From: Nitrospinota bacterium
Lineage (GTDB): Bacteria > Nitrospinota_A > UBA7883 > JACRLM01
DNA length: 64,000 nt
Reading direction: 5' to 3'
Assembly: GCA_016208975.1 (NCBI GenBank)
Contig: JACQXA010000004.1
Span: 2,013,941 to 2,077,940 of the forward strand
In this document: positions 57,144 to 64,000 of the stretch, one piece after another
Layout: the number at the start of each line of letters is the position of its first letter
Position numbering within the stretch: position 1 is the first letter of the stretch
Made by a program: the position numbers and the translations under genes
Notes under the pieces: generated by a model
The model's input: only the letters and a program-made list of their open reading frames with translations
Told to the model about the DNA's origin: nothing
The model's database searches: none

Positions 57144-57189
57144 ATGAGCAGGTTAATCCAACATGGGAACTTTGCGCGAGGCGTCGGTT

Positions 57190-58608
57190 TCACTCCTCGG
57201 CCTTGATATGGTATTCCCCGATCTTTTTCATAAGCGTGTTCCGGTTCACGCCCAAAAGCTTTGCCGCGTGGGTCTGCACGCCATCGGCCTTCTTTAGCGC
57301 GTGTTCTATAAGCGTCTTCTCCACAAGGCTTATCACGGTGTCGTAAACCTGGCCTTCCGGGGCGGATTCCATAAGTTCCATGGTGAGCCGCGAAAGGCTC
57401 TCTTCCGGTTTCCTGCCATCCTTGGCGCCGGTGATCTCCGGCGGCAGGTCTTCCACGGTGATGGTGTCTCCGGGGGCCATCAGGGCGCCCCGGCGGATGA
57501 CGTTTTCAAGCTCCCTCACGTTTCCGGGCCAGTTGTAGCGCGTAAGGGCATCCATGGCCGCCGGGGCCAGCATCTTCTGTTTTTCGTTAAAGGTGCGGGC
57601 TATCTTGGACAAAAAATGCCTGGCCAGCGCCGGTATGTCCGGTAGCCGCTCAGACAGGGGAGGCAGGGCTATCCGCACAACGTTGAGACGGTGGTACAGG
57701 TCTTCACGGAACTTCCCCTCGGCCACTTCCGTGGCCAGGTTCCTGTTGGTGGAGGCTATCACCCTTACATCTATTTTTACGGGGCGCGTGGCGCCTACCG
57801 GGTAAAACTCCCGCTCCTGCAGTACCCGTAGCATCTTGGCCTGGAGAGACAGGGGCATCTCCCCCACCTCGTCCAGCAGGATGGCCCCGCCGTTTGCGGC
57901 CAGGAATTTCCCTTTTTGATCTTCCACCGCGCCGGTGAATGCCCCTTTAACATGGCCGAAAAGCTCCGACTCCAGAAGGTCGTGAGGGATGGCCGCGCAG
58001 TTTACCGTGATGAACGGCTCCCGCGCCCGGGCCGAGTTTTGATGGAGCGCCCTGGCCACCAGTTCCTTACCGGAGCCGGTGGGGCCGGTGATTAATACCG
58101 TGGCGTCGGAATTGGCCGCCCGGCCGATAAGCTTGAACACGTCCTGCATGGAAGGAGCCCGGCCGATTATTTCGTCCGGCGACGATTTTACCGGCTCCGC
58201 GGACTTTAGCTGGGCCAGCTCCCCGGCCATTTTGCGATACTCGCCCACCCTCTGGGCCAGCAGGGCAACCTCGTTCAGGTCGAAAGGTTTCGTCAAGTAA
58301 TCGAACGCCCCTTTCTGCATGGCCTCTATGGCGTTTTTCATGGTGGCCTCGGCGGTCATCACCACCACAGACGGGGCGTTGGGCCGCCGCTTGATGCTCT
58401 CCAGCAGGTCCAACCCCGAGCCGTCTGGCATCATAATGTCCACAAAGGCCAGGAAATAGGGATATTCGTTGAGAAATTCACCGGCTTCGGCCACGGTGGA
58501 GGCGGCGTCCACCACGTATCCTTTGCGGGTCAACCCACGGGAAAGCACGAAACGCAGACTGCTTTCGTCGTCCACCACCAGTATCCGGTTAAACTTTTCT
58601 TCAGCCAT
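57190..58608 (-). CDS. sigma-54-dependent response regulator (NtrC family: REC + AAA+ sigma54 activation + Fis HTH)
   Basis: start MAEEKFNRILVVDDE at 58608; GPTGSGKE Walker A, GAFTGA-type loop, ESELFGH, C-terminal HTH. Confidence 0.9.
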   Translation of the reverse strand: MAEEKFNRILVVDDESSLRFVLSRGLTRKGYVVDAASTVAEAGEFLNEYPYFLAFVDIMMPDGSGLDLLESIKRRPNAPSVVVMTAEATMKNAIEAMQKGAFDYLTKPFDLNEVALLAQRVGEYRKMAGELAQLKSAEPVKSSPDEIIGRAPSMQDVFKLIGRAANSDATVLITGPTGSGKELVARALHQNSARAREPFITVNCAAIPHDLLESELFGHVKGAFTGAVEDQKGKFLAANGGAILLDEVGEMPLSLQAKMLRVLQEREFYPVGATRPVKIDVRVIASTNRNLATEVAEGKFREDLYHRLNVVRIALPPLSERLPDIPALARHFLSKIARTFNEKQKMLAPAAMDALTRYNWPGNVRELENVIRRGALMAPGDTITVEDLPPEITGAKDGRKPEESLSRLTMELMESAPEGQVYDTVISLVEKTLIEHALKKADGVQTHAAKLLGVNRNTLMKKIGEYHIKAEE

Positions 58609-58715
58609 AATCAAAAAGGTACAGGTTTCCAACTGTAAAATCAATTCCGTTAACATAACGGATAAGGTAGGATTTATGCCTTGGACAATCGTTAGTGTAG
58701 AGGTCATAACGCCAG

Positions 58716-59756
58716 ATGGACGATTCGGTAACGTATAAAACCGCCGGGGTGGACATAGACGCGGGCATGGAAAGCCTGCGCAGGATTAAAAAAGCCGCCG
58801 CCGCCACCCACAATACTTCCGTGCTTACCGGGCTGGGCTCTTTCGGCTCCCTTTTCGATATGGGAGCCACGCTGAAAGAATTTCAAGAGCCGGTGCTGGT
58901 GCAGAGCGTGGACGGGGTTGGCACAAAGCTTATGGTGGCCCGCATGATGGGCCGGTACGACACCGTGGGCGTTGACCTGGTGAACCACTGTTGCAACGAC
59001 ATTCTCTGCCAGGGCGCGCGGGGGCTTACGTTCCTGGACTACATAGCGGTGGACGTGCTGAAGCCGGAACAGATAGAAGCGCTTGTAACCGGCATGGCCA
59101 AAGCCTGCGCCGCCAACGGCGTGGCCCTGGTGGGAGGGGAGACGGCGGAGCTTCCTGGAGTTTATGCCGCAGGGGAGTATGACCTGGTGGGGCTTATCAC
59201 AGGGGTGGTTGATAAATCAAAAATAATCACCGGCAGGGACATAAAAAAAGGTGATGTGATAATCGGGCTTAAATCATCCGGCCTGCACACCAACGGCTAC
59301 ACCCTGGCCCGGAAAGTTTTATTCGACCGCATGGGATTTGGTGTGGACAGCCATCACCCCGAACTTGGAACGACGGTGGGGGAGGCCCTACTGGCTTCAC
59401 ATAGGGATTATTCCCGTCCTCTTCTTCCGGTTTTTGAAAAGCGCCGTGTGAAGGGTGTGGCCCACATCACCGGCGGCGGACTTATAGACAACGTGCCCAG
59501 GATTCTCCCATCCAATGTGGACGCGGTATTCAAAACCTCATCATGGACGGTTCCGGCGCTGTTCCGGCTCATAGCGCAGGGAGGGGCCGTTCCCAAGGAT
59601 GACATGTACCGCTCCACGAACATGGGGGTGGGGATAATACTGGTGGTCTCGCCCGAAGAAGCTTCCGCCGTGGCTGGCGACCTGAAAGATGCGGGGGAAG
59701 AGCCGATGTTCATCGGGGAGATAGCCGAGGGAAGCGGCGCGACCCGGCTTGAGTAA
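58716..59756 (+). CDS. purM: phosphoribosylformylglycinamidine cyclo-ligase
   Basis: VTYKTAGVDIDAG N-terminus, PurM fold. Confidence 0.93.
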   Translation: MDDSVTYKTAGVDIDAGMESLRRIKKAAAATHNTSVLTGLGSFGSLFDMGATLKEFQEPVLVQSVDGVGTKLMVARMMGRYDTVGVDLVNHCCNDILCQGARGLTFLDYIAVDVLKPEQIEALVTGMAKACAANGVALVGGETAELPGVYAAGEYDLVGLITGVVDKSKIITGRDIKKGDVIIGLKSSGLHTNGYTLARKVLFDRMGFGVDSHHPELGTTVGEALLASHRDYSRPLLPVFEKRRVKGVAHITGGGLIDNVPRILPSNVDAVFKTSSWTVPALFRLIAQGGAVPKDDMYRSTNMGVGIILVVSPEEASAVAGDLKDAGEEPMFIGEIAEGSGATRLE

Positions 59757-59764
59757 GGCCGTGA

Positions 59765-60391
59765 TCAGTCCTTCTTGGGGGCTGTCTCCATCATGTCCCG
59801 GAAGAACTTGACCATCTCCGGGTTGTCCCACTCCCGGGCGCCCTGGGCCTGAGCCACTACCAATCCATCAGGATTTACCACAAAAGTGGCGGGTATGCTG
59901 GTAACGCCATATTCCCTGGCCACATTGGCCGTGTCCATCAGCACACTGAACGACACACCCAATTCCTTCGCGAACTGGCGGATTTTAACGGGTTCGGCGT
60001 CGTCCAGGCTGATGGCCAGCATCACGAATGGGTCGTTCTTCATGGTCTGGTTCAGTTTTTCCATGAGCGGCATTTCCACAACGCAGGGGCCGCACCAGGA
60101 CGCCCAGAAATTAATGAACACCCATTTTCCCCTGAAGTCCGTTAAAGAAACGGACCTGCCGTTCACATCGCTAAGGGTGAACAGGGGGGCTGGAGGGTCT
60201 ATGACTTTCTCCGCCGGTTTGGCTTCCGACTCGGCCAGTAAAGCGTTCTCCACCCCTTGGCGCACATATGGCGTTCCGGCCACAACAGCTACCACCACGA
60301 ACAGGGCTAAAATACCAAGTATGGCGGCCAGACGCGGAGAACCCGGCAATTTGGGGGCTTTGAACGAAGGCAAGACTGATAACGCTTTCAA
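59765..60391 (-). CDS. TlpA/ResA-family membrane-anchored thiol:disulfide oxidoreductase
   Basis: WASWCGPCVVEMP thioredoxin motif, N-terminal TM. Confidence 0.85.
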   Translation of the reverse strand: MKALSVLPSFKAPKLPGSPRLAAILGILALFVVVAVVAGTPYVRQGVENALLAESEAKPAEKVIDPPAPLFTLSDVNGRSVSLTDFRGKWVFINFWASWCGPCVVEMPLMEKLNQTMKNDPFVMLAISLDDAEPVKIRQFAKELGVSFSVLMDTANVAREYGVTSIPATFVVNPDGLVVAQAQGAREWDNPEMVKFFRDMMETAPKKD

Positions 60392-60550
60392 ATACTCATA
60401 TATACTTGGAATTATATACGCTTGGGCCGCCTCCCAGTCAAACCCTAATTTGATTGACTGGCCTTTGGGGACGTGTTATAAAAACCAACTTGCCAATCGG
60501 CATGAGACGTTCCAAAGCGCCGGTGTGCGCCGCTACATAGAGGATAGTTT

Positions 60551-61723
60551 ATGAAAATCCACGAGTTCCAGGCAAAAGAAATACTGAGAAATTTCGGCGT
60601 CCCCACGCCCAAGGGCAAAGTTGCCACACGGGTTGAGGAGATTGACGCGATTGTGAGCGAACTGGGCCTGCCGGTGGTGGTAAAGGCCCAGATTCACGCC
60701 GGTGGCCGTGGCAAAGCTGGTGGAGTGAAACTGGCTAAAACCCTGGAAGACGCCCGTTCCATAGCCAAAGAGCTGATAGGCAAAACCCTGGTGACCCATC
60801 AGACCGGCCCTGAAGGCCGCGAGGTTAAAACACTTCTGGTGGAAGAGGGGATGACCATAGTAAGGGAGCTTTACATGGGCATAGTGGTGGATCGTGAAAC
60901 ATCGCGCCCCTGTTTCATGGTCTCCGAAGAGGGTGGTATGGAGATAGAGGAAGTGGCCGCCAAAACCCCCGAAAAGATAATGAAAGTATGGATAGACCCG
61001 GCGGTGGGCCTTATGCCCAGCCAGGCGCGGGACATGGCTTTCTTCCTGAACCTGCCGCAAGAAGTTTTCAAACCGGGGGTGGATTTCATCCTGAAACTTT
61101 ACAAGGCGTTCGAGGCTAAAGACTGCTCCATGGCCGAGATAAACCCCCTGGTCATCACCGGGGACAACCGGGTGCTAGCCCTGGACTGCAAGATGAATTT
61201 CGACGACAACGCCCTGTTCCGGCAGAAAGACGTGGTGGCCTACCGCGACCTCAACGAAGAGGCGGAGCTGGAGATAGAGGCTTCCAAGTATTCCCTCAAC
61301 TATATTAAGCTGGACGGCAACATAGGTTGCATGGTCAACGGCGCCGGGCTTGCCATGGCCACCATGGACATCATAAAGCTGGCCGGCGGCGAGCCCGCCA
61401 ACTTCCTGGACGTGGGCGGCGGCGCCACGGAGGAACAGATAGAGAACGCCTTCCGCATAATTTTGGCCGACCCGCACGTTAAGGGCATCTTCATAAACAT
61501 TTTCGGCGGCATCCTGCGGTGCGACAGGCTGGCCAACGGCGTGGTGAGCGCCGCCAGGAAGATAAACGTGTCGGCTCCGGTGGTTATCCGGATGGAAGGC
61601 ACCAACGTGGCCGAAGGGAAAAAGATACTGGAAGAGAGCGGGTTTAACTTCATAGTGGCCGAAGGGATGCGCGATGGCGCGGCGAAAGCCGTGGCCGCCA
61701 TCGGGGCCGCTGTTAACGCGTAG
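60551..61723 (+). CDS. sucC: succinyl-CoA ligase (ADP-forming) beta subunit
   Basis: [23 protein letters not shown]-grasp. Confidence 0.95.
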   Translation: MKIHEFQAKEILRNFGVPTPKGKVATRVEEIDAIVSELGLPVVVKAQIHAGGRGKAGGVKLAKTLEDARSIAKELIGKTLVTHQTGPEGREVKTLLVEEGMTIVRELYMGIVVDRETSRPCFMVSEEGGMEIEEVAAKTPEKIMKVWIDPAVGLMPSQARDMAFFLNLPQEVFKPGVDFILKLYKAFEAKDCSMAEINPLVITGDNRVLALDCKMNFDDNALFRQKDVVAYRDLNEEAELEIEASKYSLNYIKLDGNIGCMVNGAGLAMATMDIIKLAGGEPANFLDVGGGATEEQIENAFRIILADPHVKGIFINIFGGILRCDRLANGVVSAARKINVSAPVVIRMEGTNVAEGKKILEESGFNFIVAEGMRDGAAKAVAAIGAAVNA

Positions 61724-61731
61724 GTGTAAAA

Positions 61732-62607
61732 ATGAGCGTGCTGGTTGACGAGAACACAAAGCTTATAGTTCAGGGTATCACGGGCAAGGAGGGCTCCTTC
61801 CACGCCCTGGGATGCAAAAATTACGGCACCAACGTGGTTGGCGGCGTTACCCCCGGCAAGGAAGGGCAGGACATGGAGGGCATCCCGGTGTTCAACACCG
61901 TCCAGCGGGCGGTGGACGCCACCGGAGCCAACGCCACCATGATTTTCGTGCCGCCCCCATTCGCGGCGGACGCCATTTTCGAGGCGGCGGAGGCCGGTAT
62001 TAGCCTTATCGTGTGCATAACCGAGGGTATCCCGGTGTATGATATGATAAAAATAAAGCGTTACATGCAGGGGCGGAAGAACCGGCTTATCGGCCCCAAC
62101 TGTCCGGGAATAATCACCCCTGGCAAAGCCAAGATAGGCATCATGCCGGGTCACATACACAGGCCCGGTCCGGTGGGGGTCGTTTCCCGGTCCGGCACGC
62201 TTACCTACGAGGTGGTGGGCCAGCTTACGGCCTTGGGCATTGGCCAGTCCACTTGCATCGGAATCGGGGGAGACCCTGTTAACGGCACCAACTTCGTGGA
62301 CGCGCTGGAGTTGTTCAACAGCGACACTCAGACTAAAGCCATCTGCATGATTGGCGAAATCGGCGGTTCGGCTGAGGAAGAGGCCGCCGGGTACGTGAAA
62401 GCCAAGGTTAAAAAACCGGTTGTGGGTTTTATAGCCGGGCAAACCGCGCCCCCGGGTCGCAGAATGGGGCATGCCGGGGCGATAATTTCCGGCGGACACG
62501 GAACAGCGGAAGAGAAAATGAAGGTGATGGCCGCTTGTGGCGTCACCGTTTGCAAGTCCCCCGCGGATCTGGGCGAAACCATCAAGGGGGTTCTTGAATC
62601 CAACTAA
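61732..62607 (+). CDS. sucD: succinyl-CoA ligase alpha subunit
   Basis: SRSGTLTYE, active-site His region GHAGAII. Confidence 0.95.
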   Translation: MSVLVDENTKLIVQGITGKEGSFHALGCKNYGTNVVGGVTPGKEGQDMEGIPVFNTVQRAVDATGANATMIFVPPPFAADAIFEAAEAGISLIVCITEGIPVYDMIKIKRYMQGRKNRLIGPNCPGIITPGKAKIGIMPGHIHRPGPVGVVSRSGTLTYEVVGQLTALGIGQSTCIGIGGDPVNGTNFVDALELFNSDTQTKAICMIGEIGGSAEEEAAGYVKAKVKKPVVGFIAGQTAPPGRRMGHAGAIISGGHGTAEEKMKVMAACGVTVCKSPADLGETIKGVLESN

Positions 62608-62733
62608 GGGTCTTTATCATTGAGCGGTTGGGCCGCCACGGAAGCATCCGCCAAAAGCGGGGCGGATGTTGCCGCGGCGACCTTTCCGTTTGGAACACGG
62701 ACGCGTGAAAACGCGCTTTGAAAGGCAAGGACG

Positions 62734-64000
62734 GTGGCAGAAAAAAAGACTGATCTCATCATCAGGTTCGGCGGAGAGGGTGGCGAAGGCATCATCTCCT
62801 CCGGCGACATGGTGGCCCAGGCCGCGGTGCGCTCCGGTCTTGAGGTCCTGACATTCAAGACCTTCCCGGCGGAGATCAAGGGCGGCTACGCCATGTATCA
62901 AACCAGGTTCGCCCACGACAAGATTCTTTCCGAAGGCTCCGGGTTCGACGTTATGGTGGCCTTCAACCAGGAGGCGCTGGAGCTTAACAAGAAGTTCCTG
63001 AAGGAAGGCAACGCGCTCATTTACGACTACCCTGGCGGAGACATAACCGAGGAGCAGAACATCCCGGGCGTCCACTGCTATCCGGTCCCCATGAGCAAAA
63101 TATCAAAAGAGGACATCGGCAATTACCGCTCCAAGAACATGGTTTGCATGGGCGCGGTGGCGGAGCTTTTCTCCATATCCATGGAGCAGATCCGGGGTAC
63201 CATCCAGTCCAAGTTCGGCAAGAAGGGCGCCGACATCGTTGAGATGAACTTCAAGGCCCTGGACGCCGGGCGCGACCATGTGCGCTCCAACATCAAGAAG
63301 ACAGACTCTTACAAGATGGACTCGGGCAAGACCGCCGAGAACACCATAATAATTTCCGGTAACGACGCGGTGGGGCTGGGCGCTCTGATGGCCGGGGTCC
63401 AGTATTTCTCGGCCTATCCCATAACCCCCGCCACCGAGGTTGCCTATTTCCTGGCGCGCCACCTGCCAAAAGCCAACGGCAACCTGGTGCAGGCCGAGGA
63501 CGAAATAGCCTCTATCGCCAATGTTATCGGCGCCTCGTACGCGGGCTTGAAGGCCATGACGTCCACGTCGGGCCCCGGCCTGTCGCTGATGCAGGAGCTT
63601 ATCGGCATGGCCTCCATGATGGAGGTGCCGGTGGTGATATGCGACGTCCAGCGCGGCGGCCCTTCCACTGGCTTGCCGACCAAGCATGAGCAGTCGGACC
63701 TGTTCCTGGCGGCCCACGGCTGTCATGGCGACGCCCCCAGGGTGGTGTTAAGCCCCGAAGGGGTGGAAGATTGCGTGTACCTTACGGTGGAGGCTTTCAA
63801 TATCGCCGAAAAGTACCAGCTTCCGGTGATGGTCCTCTCCGACGGCTCACTGGGTTTCCGCACCGCTTCCATGAAGAAACCGGATCCTTCGAAACTGCGC
63901 CTGGTGACCCGCGAAAAGTACGAGGGCAACGGGGGCGATTTCAAACGGTACAAGCTTACCGAAAGCGGGGTTTCGCCAATGTCCATCCCCGGCACGCCCG
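62734..64000 (+). CDS. korA: 2-oxoacid (likely 2-oxoglutarate):ferredoxin oxidoreductase, fused gamma+alpha subunit; 3' end truncated by window
   Basis: GTG start after AAGGA SD; KTDLIIRFGGEGGEGIISSG (gamma-like) then alpha-subunit TPP-family region; no stop before 64000 so absent from ORF track. Confidence 0.85.
   Translation, partial: MAEKKTDLIIRFGGEGGEGIISSGDMVAQAAVRSGLEVLTFKTFPAEIKGGYAMYQTRFAHDKILSEGSGFDVMVAFNQEALELNKKFLKEGNALIYDYPGGDITEEQNIPGVHCYPVPMSKISKEDIGNYRSKNMVCMGAVAELFSISMEQIRGTIQSKFGKKGADIVEMNFKALDAGRDHVRSNIKKTDSYKMDSGKTAENTIIISGNDAVGLGALMAGVQYFSAYPITPATEVAYFLARHLPKANGNLVQAEDEIASIANVIGASYAGLKAMTSTSGPGLSLMQELIGMASMMEVPVVICDVQRGGPSTGLPTKHEQSDLFLAAHGCHGDAPRVVLSPEGVEDCVYLTVEAFNIAEKYQLPVMVLSDGSLGFRTASMKKPDPSKLRLVTREKYEGNGGDFKRYKLTESGVSPMSIPGTP

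Noticed and set aside
63103-63995. Minus-strand ORFs 63103..63726 and 63723..63995
   Set aside because: Antisense to the clearly conserved korA-like reading frame running off the window.

Overview
High-GC (~60%) bacterial chromosomal segment from an uncultured-looking lineage whose phylum I cannot assign. It is mostly core metabolism, interrupted by several small accessory or regulatory oddities.

The annotated content, left to right, is:
- An aa3-type heme-copper oxidase cluster (coxC'-sco-coxB-coxA, terminator, then ctaA-ctaB and a 40-aa single-TM ORF).
- An MBL-fold hydrolase whose 3' end runs into a ~140-bp palindromic MITE.
- A solitary DsrC/TusE-family gene, pirin, an Rrf2 regulator, a Hanks kinase-TPR giant, tRNA-Arg, maf and coaE.
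- An all-GH57 alpha-glucan locus (Rho_N/AKP-rich/DUF4912 protein, GH57 branching enzyme, methyltransferase, pcm, second GH57).
- A 1590-aa multi-PAS hybrid histidine kinase with a downstream OMP.
- A second MITE copy in inverted orientation.
- prfB with its canonical +1 programmed frameshift, translationally coupled (TAATG) to a lysine/alanine-rich histone-H1-like protein.
- tRNA-Thr.
- A complete alternative complex III operon (actA-B1-B2-C-D-E, ActB split).
- A secreted SH3/M48/acetolactate-decarboxylase-like trio.
- rpmB and a GNAT gene.
- A decayed IS630 fragment, and REP-like hairpin-GGGAAGCAT repeat arrays flanking a TAT-lipoprotein with duplicated GHTH motifs.
- uvrC, a rhodanese-MBL fusion, a CHASE2 adenylate cyclase, mazG-like, trmFO, topA, dprA, glnE, an NtrC-family sigma-54 activator, purM, tlpA, and sucCD followed by a fused gamma/alpha 2-oxoacid:ferredoxin oxidoreductase (truncated by the window end).

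The most interesting unexplained signal is an unannotated minus-strand locus between the prfB operon and tRNA-Thr. It has two spaced palindromic sites, then a near-consensus sigma-54 -24/-12 promoter, then a ~145-nt structured transcript ending in a strong intrinsic terminator. I read this as a candidate enhancer-dependent sRNA.

Other notable signals are the inverted MITE pair bracketing 20.7 kb, the REP-like repeat family around the His-motif lipoprotein, the DsrC-like gene with a 4-residue C-terminal extension, and a tRNA-Arg with an apparent GCG anticodon.
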